A DNA stretch of 64,000 nt from Antedon mediterranea (lineage: Eukaryota > Animalia > Echinodermata). The stretch's first letter is position 1. The number at the start of each line of letters is the position of its first letter. The translations under genes and the position numbers were made by a program. Positions 13,441-24,044 of this stretch are shown here, one piece after another. Location of the stretch: positions 18,374,101 through 18,438,100 of the forward strand of contig NC_092677.1 in NCBI RefSeq assembly GCF_964355755.1, read 5' to 3'. The notes beneath the pieces were generated by a model that was given only the letters and a program-made list of their open reading frames with translations, had not been told where the DNA came from and did no database searches.

Positions 13441-13545
13441 CCTATACATAGTACGAACAGTATTAACTGGAAATAAATTGTTTAAGTTCACGTTTAAAGG
13501 AAATAACATTTTCAGATTGTCGAATGATTTTAGGAATCATATTAA
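13294..13545. repeat. ~250-bp palindrome centred on (TA)n
   Basis: 13294-13400 is the reverse complement of 13439-13545, and the TA spacer is itself self-complementary. Confidence 0.95.
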
Positions 13546-14735
13546 AATACATAGGTGCTTTATAACTGAAACATTGTTTAAAAATCTCTAAAGAAGGTCG
13601 AGGAATAATATAATTACAATTAGAGATGGATCTGGTAGTAGGTCGACCTCCGGGCTGAGTACTGGTTATAACATGCGACTGATGTAATCCGGAACGGTTT
13701 GAACCAAGTTGAAACTGATAACGTTGAGAAACGGATGAGATAGAAATGGTGTTATCAATAAGGTAATCAACGAAGTGTCGATGTACAATTGTATGGTGAG
13801 GCATTTAGCATATGTTCGGTGTATTAGACACACCCTTAATTTAATTTAAAGGCCAAATTTGCATGTCAAAAGTGCGACTTGTACACCGAAATATACGGTA
13901 AAATTATACACATACGTGTAATTCATATTCAATTCATTATCTATATATAATTTTTTTAAATAATGTGTATAATAAGATAATACTTTATTCCGAACGAGGT
14001 CTTTTCCAGATGACTGCTAAAAAAGGTCATCATCATCTTGGAAAGATCTCGTATCAAAGAAGATGAAGCAGTCAAACGACTACTCTGTATAGAAGCGGTA
14101 ATTTGAGGATTGTACTCACCTAATAATAATGTTTTCAACACCAGAAAATGTTTGGAAGTTATGCTTATCTCCTCTTTGAATTTGTTTCATTAACTATTTT
14201 TTTTTTTTTTTTTTTCCCTAATGATAGAACATTTCAATAAATATAAACATAATAAACCAAATTAAATTTGAAATAGCCTCATATAGTTAACTATAATACA
14301 TTCTGTATGTGTGCATTCAACCTAGACTTTTCTTAACTATAGACATAGTAAAACTTGTAACATGTTGTGGATACCCATTTTAACATTACATTATTTCAAT
14401 TATTTACTTTGAACTGACTGATTAAATTAAAATGTAATTCTGCAAAATTAAATGTAATCTATATAACAAATTTCATGTTCGCCTTTTTGTGGTCATGATA
14501 ATACAGATTTGTCTTGTCTTATAAAAATCTTTTACATCACCTATGTTACTTTTATTGGGTATTTCTTTATACAATTAATTGCCCTTATTTTCAGTTCTTC
14601 AAGTTTGCTTTTAACTAGTTTTGTTTGTTTTTATAAAGTTCTTTTTGTAAAATTGTTTTTAACTTAAAAATAATTACGTTATATTAAAAAATTACCCAAT
14701 ACTAAAACATTTGAATAAAATAATGAAGATTATAA

Positions 14736-17700
14736 TCAAAATGTAATTTGAATGGCCTCATGGTAACTATAATAAATTGGAATTACTTCTGCCTGCATTG
14801 AACCTAGACCTTTGCTATAGACATGATCAATCAATGTATAATTTTCAGTAGTAGAACTTGTAACATGTTGTTGATAACCATACTCTGTCATTATATCATT
14901 CACTCTAGAAGGTTGTTTGAAAAGATTTTCATTAAAGTCCCCCATTATGATACATTTAGTACTTACTTTATGTAGATGTTGTAATAATTTCTTCAAATTT
15001 TGACAAAATTGCTTTATATCATAGCTGGGAGGTCTATAAATTACTGAGACAGCAATTGAAATAGGACATGTTATTAAAAATGAAATTACCTCTATATCCT
15101 TAATACCTATGTCTAACCTGCTTGAAAATGTGTTCTTGGTATAGACTGCAACACCTCCATGAGCTTGATTTTTTAATTTTAATGTAAGATTATTTTTATC
15201 AGAATATGAGTCATACCTTTCTTGGTGATACAATTTATACGGTTCTATACTTAAGTTCAAAAAATCATCATCCTTATTCAGCCATGTTTCAGTTAGACAT
15301 ATTATACTAGAATTCATAAACAAATCATTGCACTGAAGATCAGCAAAGTGATGTTTAAGTCCTTGAATGTTATGTAACATTATAGAAAATTTAGATCCTG
15401 AACCATTAACTGCTTTTTCACATTGTATATATGAATTCATCTTGTTTAAATATTCCTTTATATTTGGATCACAATAAATCAAATTAGGATTAACATGTTC
15501 AATGGTAAGTCCAGATATTGAAGTAACACGACTGAGAGCTACATATGCTTGTCCAGGCGCAAAAGTATTTTTTAGGCAAACCAGTGCTTTATTCATTGTC
15601 ATTCCTTGCACTTTATGAACTGTGCATGCATATGCTAATTTGAGTGGAAATTGCTTTCGACTGTATTTTTTTCCAATAGACTCTTGAAACATTTCAATTG
15701 CCTGAATACCAATGTCATTGTTATCAAATTTCACTTTAATTGATACTGGTTTAGCATTTTGACTGGGCTTAATTATTTCTTCAACATGTCCCATACATCC
15801 GTTTGTTAAGCCTTTTTTGACATCTACATTTTTAATCAACATCACTCTGGCATTAAGTGCAATCCACAAGTAATCTAATAAATTACTTTGACGTGACTTC
15901 CGAGGTTTATCACATTTTTTGTTTTGTTTCTTGCTGTTTACTACAGTATCTTCTGCTTCAATACATATAACATCTGAACAGGTTTTATGCAACATTTTTT
16001 TATTCCATTCATTAACCTGCTTATTACATGGGTATATATGCACAGCATCTTCACATTGTTCACCTGTTTCACATGATTTTAAGACGGACAAATCTTTGTC
16101 AGACAAACAATCATGTCTTTCTTTTGTACGCAATTTGTTTAACAATAGAGCAAATTCTTTATCTTCTTTTTGCCTCATGATTTCATCTAACTGCACTTTT
16201 TTAAAGTTATCTACCCACAATGCGTTTTCCACTTTGTCTTTATATAATGAAGTACCCCTCACAGGCGGTAACTGATAAAAATCACCAACTGCAATTATTG
16301 AAATATTACCAAATGCACTATCATTACGTACTTGTTTTATTTGCCGCAATCGTCCGTGGATGTACCAAAGTAACTTTTGATTAACCATTGATATTTCATC
16401 TATAATAACAATTTGCAATTGACCCAACTGATTACGAAGTGCACTTATTTTTTCTTCTCCAAGTGGTTGATATGGAAGTGAAATATGAATAGGAATAGAC
16501 AAAGCACTATGAATTGTATGACCTTTAATATTATATGCTGCGATTCCTGTAGGAGCTAGTTTCAATATTGACATATCATCTGGATTTTCCATAATTTTCC
16601 CGAGAATACGTGTTGCTTCATTATAAATACAATTAACCAAATGACTTTTCCCAGTGCCAGCACCTCCAGTTATAAAAGTGTGAAACGGTTCAGGTTCTTT
16701 TCGGTTAACTTTATCTAAGCACCATTGCCTTGTTTTATAAAATATTTGTTTTTGTTTTTCATTTAAAGACCGAATCATTTTATTTATTTCTGGTCTTGAA
16801 ATATTAAATGAGTTACACTCTATTGTAGATGTTTCAGTTTTTTTAAGCCCAAAATCTGGAACGAAAAATTCTTTTTCTTCATCATCGACGTCTACATTTG
16901 GTTTTGGGTTCTCTAACCTTTCAATTTCACTTTCGGGACATAAGAGGCCCCATGCATCTTCTTGTGGTCCAAATTTTGCTAAAACACTTTCTGCATGTTC
17001 AATGTCATTAGCACTTTTGTCATACTTGTCCATGTTTTTATCAACTATAACATTTACTTTTTGTAATTTACTGTCACATAATTTGACAGATCCTAGCTCA
17101 TAAAATTCTTGATATGATTGAAATTTCGGTGGTTTTAACTGTTTTTCTGTTCGGAAAGGCAGAAATAACTGCAATATACTCATAAAATATTTTTCAGAAG
17201 CTGTATTAATTGGAAACCGAGGGTACCTTATTATAGCATTATTAGTCCGTGTTCTTTTTTGAATAAATCCTAACTGTTTTTTTAATTGGAATACGTTTTT
17301 TCTTTGCACGTTTTCATTCATTGCTGATGTACTTAACATTCTATAATTAGAACAAAATGTTGCGAGACACATTGTGTTAAATTCAAAACTGTCTGGTCGA
17401 GCTTTATATTTGTCAAGCTTATTTGGCAACCATGCACTTTGATGATCATCAAATTTATTTTTAATTACACTTAGTGGTAAACTCATTCTAACAGGATTAG
17501 GTCCTACTGGGATAAATTCAACTTTCCTTGAACATTCTTTCAATTTCAATCCACAAACACGATAAACACTTTCTTGCGCAGATACTTCTCTATTGTTCAT
17601 ATACACATGACCAAGTTTACTTAAGCTTTGTCTAGCATTTTCATTTCCTTCTTTCACTTCTGATGCTGCATGAGATAAAAGCAAGCCCATTTCTCGTTCA

Positions 17701-20700
17701 GATTTCGACATATATCCTATAACATACGTAACACACGCATATACACTTGTAATATACTGAATATCCATATTAGCATTCCATGCTCTAAGTAAGGAAGGAT
17801 TGTATTGGTTTACCCACGCATCTTGGGGGTTTCTCTTTAAAACGATCTTTTCCTCATTAGTTATACAATTATTTGCATCCTCATATGTACTTTGAGTAAT
17901 ATCTAAACTTTGAAAAAGTTCCTTGGCACTTTGATACGTTTCTTCATTAGCCAAAGCATTTTTTACTGAGGTTAATAATTCCTGCGCTTGTTTATTGGCA
18001 TCACCATCATCATTATCATCACTATTTTTATCCACAATTGTAGGTCTCATAACAAATGTTCTTTCAGAAGGCTGTCTTGGGAAGTTAAATCTGCAATTTG
18101 TTCCCTTCTTCTTACACGATTTTGAATGTCTTTTACTGTGAATCTGCACACTAGTAACAATTTCATTCATTTCAGGATCTACAATTTGACATGGCACAGC
18201 ACAAGATATATACTTATCAACAAAGTCAATAACTTTTTTATCTTCATCTTCATCAAAAACAGGAGCATTTTCAACCCATACCAACATATGAACATGTGGA
18301 CTTCCTCTCATTTGAAATTCGATTCTGTAAAAATAATCTGTGACTTTACCAATAGGGTTTGCTTCAGACAAAATAACATTTTTCAAAAAAGTATGAAAAC
18401 GTTTGTCAAACATTCTGGCAACAGTCACTGGATTTGATTTTAGCAAATTACATTTGTCTAACCATTCCAAATCATCAATGTTTCTTTTATCACCTGTTTG
18501 ACTTAACAATGTAGTCATTATTTCTTTCCAACGTAAGTCAGCACTTGAGAATGAAAGAAAGAATGTTGGTTTTCCAATCTGTCTAACCATTGCTAATACA
18601 TCTTTTTGTGTTGTTTGCCAGTAAGGTGGAGTTCCACGTATATGTTTCAAAAATTTGTAACCTTTATCAGATTTTAAAATCTCCTCAATTTTGTTCATGT
18701 TTTTCAAATCAGATACAGTTACTTTACTAAAATCGTTTTTACTTGTCCCTTTCCGCAATGCAATGGAAATACTTGATAAAATTTGTTGAAGTTCATATAT
18801 AGATTGAGCATAAAATATGAATTCTGTATTTTTTGCAAACCTGTTATCTACATGCATTAATCTATTGTGTAAATAACGTCCAAGTGTTATTTTAACATCT
18901 CTCGTATCATGGAATGTTGGTTGCCCTGTCGGAAATAGTACTGGAAATGATTTTGCTTCGTTGCTTTCATTAGTTAACAATGCAATAGGACTATTATTTT
19001 CACATGGCGCACAACAAATTATATCACGGAAATATTCATCAACCAGATTTTGTCGCCTGTCGACAGGTTGTAGACTTGTGTCAAATGCAATACCACATAA
19101 TCGATCTTCTATTTCTTCTTCATTGTTTTCTACACATGTTTCTTGATCATCTACATTAGTAGTTGCACTTTCAATGTTTTCTTTAGATAAATAATTGTGC
19201 CACTTTTCATCAATTGCTACATCAAAATACCATTTGTTATGATCTTGTAAATATTCAAGAGCTTGAATAACATTGGCTGTGTTAACAAATTTATATTTAT
19301 AATAACCTTTGTACGACAATTTCCGTTTCAATTTTACGGATATTAACTGATCTTCAGCTTCTGGTCTAGGCAGAATTTTTACAGTTTCAATAGTATTTGA
19401 TGGTACGCATACAACTGGTCCATGTATTCCATGCTGTCCACCTTTGGGTAAATTCATTAGTTTCATAAAAGGAATATTCAATCCAATCAAATGCTGCTCT
19501 AAATTATTTAAACACTTTAGCTCAGGAGGAATATCAAGCAGTTCTAAATTATTCGAATTAGCTTCTGCAGGGACTTTTCCATTTAATAATTTCTTGTGAC
19601 ATGTAAAACAAATCCATAAACGGCATCTTGGTGATTTAGCAATTTGACAAGGTTTATTACAATTTTTATTACAAATATGCAAATATTTATCATTTATACA
19701 TGTCCTATTTTCATATTTAGCTTTCGTGCATTTTACAACTTGATTTCTGAATAACATTTTAAAACATACACAACAAACATATTCAGGACCATAAGAAATT
19801 GTTTCCCTGAAATTTTGTAAAACAAATTCAAAACTACATTTTCCTGCTTTTCTTAATTTACGATTTTTCATGGTTTTCTTTACAACATTTTTCCGGAAAA
19901 GTAAATCACTATGATATTTTTTGGTAAACCTTTGAGTACAATTTTGTTTAAATTTTGGATCCATATGGTATTTCTTGTTAAACTTTTGCTTACAAAATTG
20001 TGTGTTGCCATGATACTTTTCTGCGAACCTTCGTTTACAACTTTCACGAAATTTTAAATTATTATGATATTTTTCTCCTAATTTTTGCTTTAAATTTTGT
20101 CTGAATGTTAAATTATTGCGATACTTGGCTGCTAGTTTTTGACTCAGGTGTTGTCTGAATTGAAAATTGTTCCGATACTTTTGTGCCATGTTTTTTTTAT
20201 TGTATTGTTTAAAGTTTTGTCTAAATATTAAATCACTATGATATCGATTTTTTCTTGTCTCTTTTAAATTTTGCCTAAACCTTTCATTTAATTTATATTT
20301 TTGCATACTTTTAGCTTTTCTGCTTGATCGGTAATCCAAATTAATTTTGTAATTTTGTTTCGTTTTATTTCGTATTTTTAGATTATAATAGGGTTCACAC
20401 TTGTACGCCTTCTGTTGCCTTTCTCGATTTCCCATTGTTTTAGAAAATTTATAATTGTCATCAGCATATTTTATTCTCTGTGCCTCTTTAGCTTTACGTT
20501 TCTTTTCTTCTCTGTATACAAAATCATTTTGATATTTCATTCGTTGTAACTCCGCTTTATTATGTTTCTCTACTACATTCGTCATACTTCTATTTGAACG
20601 TTTTATCCTCATTCGACATTTTTGTTTATGTTTCTTATTTCTTTCAGATGTTTTTTTACTGTCTCTTAATGTCTTGTTATTAGAACAAACTCCTTCAACA

Positions 20701-23700
20701 ATTTTACTCTGTTTCTGTTTGGGTCCTATCACATCTAAAAGTTCTTCATGACTTATTTCGTTTATTTTTCGTTTATTGTTATGTTTTGTCAAATTGTGTT
20801 TCGTAGCAAGGTCTACGTTCATTTTTGATGAGATATACAAATCATTACTATCCTTATTTATTATTGCTTCCTCACGATAATTCAAATTGACATTAACGGA
20901 TTCCACCACATTAAAGTGTACATTTCTGTTGTACAGAATATATATACCATTTCCAGTTGTAACTTCATTTATTCTTCCTGGAAGTTGGGCAGAAAACATT
21001 TGCCAAGTCACAAGCTGATCATTGAATGAATAAATATCTGTGTTAAGCAAGTTTGCCATTGCACTTATTTCAGTATTAGAGGCCCACGTTCCATTATCCA
21101 TTACTCTCTTTTTAATCACATATTCCTTAACTGTTCTATATTCATCACTTAATGCATTACTAAACATGTCATCAGATTCCAATAAATGATTAGTAATTGC
21201 TTTTCTTAAAATTAAATGATTATTTTCAGTTCCGGAAATAATGTATGAAATTGCACGATAAAAACAATTACCATCACCTGTGATATTCTTTATTTGAAGA
21301 GGATGTCCAATATGGCTTGCTCTATTAATACTACAATTCCTACCACTATGTTTATAATTAATGCCTAGTTTATTACATATGTTTTTCTTTTCTGCTTCCA
21401 AGATTGGGACAAATTTAAAGTTTTTGTCAGGTTTTTCTCCATACTGAATATTAACAATTTCAATGTCTTCATCATTTTGACATGCATTACTTGTTGAAAT
21501 ATCATCTTGTTTATTGCTATGTTTGTGGCCTTTAAATGTAGAATCAATATTACTGTCAAGTAATGTTTTACTACTTTTAAACTGGCAAGACGTACTAGGT
21601 AAATCAACATTGACACTTTCCGAGTTGTTTTGTTCACAATTATCATCTAACGTAACAGAAGAAGATGAACATAAAAACATAGATTTATTTTGAACATTTA
21701 CACCAGTCAGTTCAAAATCTGTTTCATGTAAATTACAGTTCATTGACCTTGCTAATCTTATACAATAATCGTACACACCTTCCCAACATGTACTGTAAAG
21801 TAAAATACTCTTTCCGTGTTCACTAACACAACCTACACGATCTCTTGCATGTGAATCAAATATAAGGAAACCATTTACACGCTTAATAACAGCAAATGTA
21901 CTTCTGTTAAAATTCATGAAACACGCATCATGCTGGTGTAATTCTTGTTGAAGAGCTTCATTTAATGACAAGGCTCCATATTCAGCCATCAATTCAACAT
22001 TGCCATCTATTATGCCAAACACTGATTCTTTAGGAGATACTACAAATGTGTTATCCAAAATATCCAATTCTTTCGGCAGTTCAGAAATCAACAAAAAATC
22101 ATCATCCATAGTCGAATCTTTCTGAATGTAACAGTACAATTCATTTCCAAGATGCAATATTCTATCAAGGTCTTTTGTGTAAAATTCATTTCCATTCCTC
22201 TTGGTAGTATAAAGAATAGCTACAAGACTATTTGCAACACACTGTTTACCACGTGCATAGCCAAATCTGGAATGCCCTTGATTGAAACTACCATGTGCTA
22301 CAGTTACATAATTATCATTCCTGTTATATATTTTCAAATTATGTATTGGTTGTGTATTCCGCATTATTGTTGCATTGCATGATTTTTTTAGTCCCCCATC
22401 GATTATCAATACTTCTGTAGATTTATTTGTTGTTGAAATTTTAACATCCACATCAGTAGACTGTTCGTCAAATTTAGTTTCAGATTTATTATTGGTCCTA
22501 ATTTTGCTAGTACAAGGTGCTTTGTTTGGTCCTTCATCAATTAATCCTTCCTTTAAAACTTCATTTTCCTCAAATTCAGTACTTTCATGATCTGTAACAT
22601 TACATTTACTTTCAAATCCTGTACTATTACCATACATGTTGCTGTTATTTTGTACTTCCACATCGTCAACTGCTGTGTTAGGGTTGTCTTTAGTACATTT
22701 TCTTTTATAATCGGTTTTCATTTCAAGATTTTCATTATTACCCACGTTCTTTGAAATTTTTTCACCAATTCTGTCCATTTTATCGCAGTCATTCTTGTCA
22801 CGTTTTAAATTCAAGTCCACATTATCTTGTGATTCTTTGTTACCAGATTTCTTACTTTTTACAAACCGACCCTTATTGTTTCGTAAACGTTTCGAATTAA
22901 AACCACCGCCTGAGAGTTGTTGTATTGCATTTATTTCTTTTGTATTTCTCGAAACATAACATTCAGATTTACATACATCTACTATTGTTTGTGCATTGTC
23001 TAATACATTCGTTTCATCATTGTTAGTCTTATTCCTTTTAATTTCTTTATTATTTCGTCTTTCAAAGAAATCCTTTACACCTTTACCAATATATTTTACA
23101 CCTGGTTCTATAATTATACCATTTATAACTTGCTTTCTCTCTTTCTTATTTGATCTATTTTTGGTTTTCCTGTTAGTCTTTTTCCTTGATCTCACCCTTA
23201 TCCATTTACCACCAAGTAAATTTTCACTTCCTGTTTGGTGACATTTTGATTTGACATTATTCTTTCTTCTATTTTGTTGGTTAGTCTCAGAACATGTTTC
23301 TTTATTTTTCGTTAATACTTGGAAGTCCGTGACAGAGTCGTGTTCTAAAATCATATACCTATTAAAATGGCAAGGAATACCTATTTCTCCCAACATGTTG
23401 TCAGCAAAATTACTATTCCCACACATTGAACAAATCCAAATTACTCTAGAATCACATATTTTGTCTTCAAAATTATGTCTTACACATGTTACATGAATAT
23501 TTTTTCTGCAACAGTTGCATGTTACATAATTGTCATCTGCTTTTACTTCAACACTACATAGATCACATTTATCAAACTCTGAAGCAAGCGCTGTACTATA
23601 AGACAATATGTTTAGGATATCATCCACTACAAATTTAAATTCAGTTGTATCCTTCATAAATTCACAATTAACATTACCTGTATCATCATTTTTCTTTTGC

Positions 23701-23948
23701 ATAGTGCTTACATCTTTAACATTTTCAGATGAACAGCATTCGTCAAGTAGGTCCAAGATTTCATCAATGACTGTTTTAAATTCAGTTGTTTTACCCATAA
23801 TTCCATTAGTAACATTACCAGCTGTATTGACAATATTTTGCCCTTCACTTGTAACTTCTGTGTTCACATACTTACGTAAACATATCATTATTAACAAGAT
23901 TATAAACAAACAGATACAATTAACTACTATTATGAATTGCGTTCCCAT
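14736..23948 (-). CDS. Helentron RepHel-endonuclease polyprotein, 3070 aa: hydrophobic N-term, PHD, herpes-tegument(UL36/BPLF1)-like DUB, OTU protease, basic repeats, Cys cluster, HUH-Y2 Rep, PIF1 helicase, APE-type endonuclease
   Basis: PHD CDLC..CNCC..H..C..CSMC; GSFNQG..GKQCVANS..FDSH (~22300-21700); GDGNCFYRAIS..W..HF (~21300-20905); PTFFLSFS, EFQMRGSPHVHMLVW (HUH ~18290), YVIGYMSK (~17715); GGAGTGKS (~16655), DEISMV, GDFYQLPPV, HKVQGMT, YVALSRV; NIQGL, LTETW, GDFN, IDHVY, SYH (15390-14740). Single uninterrupted ORF. Confidence 0.96.
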   Translation of the reverse strand: MGTQFIIVVNCICLFIILLIMICLRKYVNTEVTSEGQNIVNTAGNVTNGIMGKTTEFKTVIDEILDLLDECCSSENVKDVSTMQKKNDDTGNVNCEFMKDTTEFKFVVDDILNILSYSTALASEFDKCDLCSVEVKADDNYVTCNCCRKNIHVTCVRHNFEDKICDSRVIWICSMCGNSNFADNMLGEIGIPCHFNRYMILEHDSVTDFQVLTKNKETCSETNQQNRRKNNVKSKCHQTGSENLLGGKWIRVRSRKKTNRKTKNRSNKKERKQVINGIIIEPGVKYIGKGVKDFFERRNNKEIKRNKTNNDETNVLDNAQTIVDVCKSECYVSRNTKEINAIQQLSGGGFNSKRLRNNKGRFVKSKKSGNKESQDNVDLNLKRDKNDCDKMDRIGEKISKNVGNNENLEMKTDYKRKCTKDNPNTAVDDVEVQNNSNMYGNSTGFESKCNVTDHESTEFEENEVLKEGLIDEGPNKAPCTSKIRTNNKSETKFDEQSTDVDVKISTTNKSTEVLIIDGGLKKSCNATIMRNTQPIHNLKIYNRNDNYVTVAHGSFNQGHSRFGYARGKQCVANSLVAILYTTKRNGNEFYTKDLDRILHLGNELYCYIQKDSTMDDDFLLISELPKELDILDNTFVVSPKESVFGIIDGNVELMAEYGALSLNEALQQELHQHDACFMNFNRSTFAVIKRVNGFLIFDSHARDRVGCVSEHGKSILLYSTCWEGVYDYCIRLARSMNCNLHETDFELTGVNVQNKSMFLCSSSSVTLDDNCEQNNSESVNVDLPSTSCQFKSSKTLLDSNIDSTFKGHKHSNKQDDISTSNACQNDEDIEIVNIQYGEKPDKNFKFVPILEAEKKNICNKLGINYKHSGRNCSINRASHIGHPLQIKNITGDGNCFYRAISYIISGTENNHLILRKAITNHLLESDDMFSNALSDEYRTVKEYVIKKRVMDNGTWASNTEISAMANLLNTDIYSFNDQLVTWQMFSAQLPGRINEVTTGNGIYILYNRNVHFNVVESVNVNLNYREEAIINKDSNDLYISSKMNVDLATKHNLTKHNNKRKINEISHEELLDVIGPKQKQSKIVEGVCSNNKTLRDSKKTSERNKKHKQKCRMRIKRSNRSMTNVVEKHNKAELQRMKYQNDFVYREEKKRKAKEAQRIKYADDNYKFSKTMGNRERQQKAYKCEPYYNLKIRNKTKQNYKINLDYRSSRKAKSMQKYKLNERFRQNLKETRKNRYHSDLIFRQNFKQYNKKNMAQKYRNNFQFRQHLSQKLAAKYRNNLTFRQNLKQKLGEKYHNNLKFRESCKRRFAEKYHGNTQFCKQKFNKKYHMDPKFKQNCTQRFTKKYHSDLLFRKNVVKKTMKNRKLRKAGKCSFEFVLQNFRETISYGPEYVCCVCFKMLFRNQVVKCTKAKYENRTCINDKYLHICNKNCNKPCQIAKSPRCRLWICFTCHKKLLNGKVPAEANSNNLELLDIPPELKCLNNLEQHLIGLNIPFMKLMNLPKGGQHGIHGPVVCVPSNTIETVKILPRPEAEDQLISVKLKRKLSYKGYYKYKFVNTANVIQALEYLQDHNKWYFDVAIDEKWHNYLSKENIESATTNVDDQETCVENNEEEIEDRLCGIAFDTSLQPVDRRQNLVDEYFRDIICCAPCENNSPIALLTNESNEAKSFPVLFPTGQPTFHDTRDVKITLGRYLHNRLMHVDNRFAKNTEFIFYAQSIYELQQILSSISIALRKGTSKNDFSKVTVSDLKNMNKIEEILKSDKGYKFLKHIRGTPPYWQTTQKDVLAMVRQIGKPTFFLSFSSADLRWKEIMTTLLSQTGDKRNIDDLEWLDKCNLLKSNPVTVARMFDKRFHTFLKNVILSEANPIGKVTDYFYRIEFQMRGSPHVHMLVWVENAPVFDEDEDKKVIDFVDKYISCAVPCQIVDPEMNEIVTSVQIHSKRHSKSCKKKGTNCRFNFPRQPSERTFVMRPTIVDKNSDDNDDGDANKQAQELLTSVKNALANEETYQSAKELFQSLDITQSTYEDANNCITNEEKIVLKRNPQDAWVNQYNPSLLRAWNANMDIQYITSVYACVTYVIGYMSKSEREMGLLLSHAASEVKEGNENARQSLSKLGHVYMNNREVSAQESVYRVCGLKLKECSRKVEFIPVGPNPVRMSLPLSVIKNKFDDHQSAWLPNKLDKYKARPDSFEFNTMCLATFCSNYRMLSTSAMNENVQRKNVFQLKKQLGFIQKRTRTNNAIIRYPRFPINTASEKYFMSILQLFLPFRTEKQLKPPKFQSYQEFYELGSVKLCDSKLQKVNVIVDKNMDKYDKSANDIEHAESVLAKFGPQEDAWGLLCPESEIERLENPKPNVDVDDEEKEFFVPDFGLKKTETSTIECNSFNISRPEINKMIRSLNEKQKQIFYKTRQWCLDKVNRKEPEPFHTFITGGAGTGKSHLVNCIYNEATRILGKIMENPDDMSILKLAPTGIAAYNIKGHTIHSALSIPIHISLPYQPLGEEKISALRNQLGQLQIVIIDEISMVNQKLLWYIHGRLRQIKQVRNDSAFGNISIIAVGDFYQLPPVRGTSLYKDKVENALWVDNFKKVQLDEIMRQKEDKEFALLLNKLRTKERHDCLSDKDLSVLKSCETGEQCEDAVHIYPCNKQVNEWNKKMLHKTCSDVICIEAEDTVVNSKKQNKKCDKPRKSRQSNLLDYLWIALNARVMLIKNVDVKKGLTNGCMGHVEEIIKPSQNAKPVSIKVKFDNNDIGIQAIEMFQESIGKKYSRKQFPLKLAYACTVHKVQGMTMNKALVCLKNTFAPGQAYVALSRVTSISGLTIEHVNPNLIYCDPNIKEYLNKMNSYIQCEKAVNGSGSKFSIMLHNIQGLKHHFADLQCNDLFMNSSIICLTETWLNKDDDFLNLSIEPYKLYHQERYDSYSDKNNLTLKLKNQAHGGVAVYTKNTFSSRLDIGIKDIEVISFLITCPISIAVSVIYRPPSYDIKQFCQNLKKLLQHLHKVSTKCIIMGDFNENLFKQPSRVNDIMTEYGYQQHVTSSTTENYTLIDHVYSKGLGSMQAEVIPIYYSYHEAIQITF

Positions 23949-24044
23949 TATGTAAAATGTGTATAATAAATAAATCTACAAATGTATTCAAATTAATGAA
24001 CTTTCAAGTTTTATTTCAAATTTGAATTCCAGGTTTTAATTCCA

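Larger units (their letters stand above)
12994..13630 (-). mobile_element. 5'-truncated non-LTR retrotransposon (CR1/L2-like) 3' end
   Basis: C-terminus of ORF 13463..13804, TRSISNCNYIIPRPSLEIFKQCFSYKAPMYFNMIPKIIRQSENVISFKRELKQF, fits the CR1/L2 ORF2 tail pattern (TR..P..F..SY..W/FN.LP..IR..FK..LK); (TAAA)n tail on the minus strand at ~12994-13011. Confidence 0.65.
11416..13898. mobile_element. Tc1/mariner-pogo-like non-autonomous shell with nested insertions
   Basis: TA|CCGTATATTTCGGaaaatAAGTCG at left and the inverted CGACTTgtacaCCGAAATATACGG|TA at right; TA flanks on both sides. Confidence 0.6.

Noticed and set aside
14736-15390. Separate LINE element because of the APE endonuclease
   Set aside because: The domain is fused in frame to the helicase C-terminus with no reverse transcriptase, which is the Helentron architecture
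21700-22300. Endogenous herpesvirus insertion
   Set aside because: Only a single DUB-like domain within the transposase ORF; no other viral genes
15919-23955. Short ORFs overlapping the large ORF (and 20..465)
   Set aside because: Antisense or out-of-frame shadows of the real coding sequence
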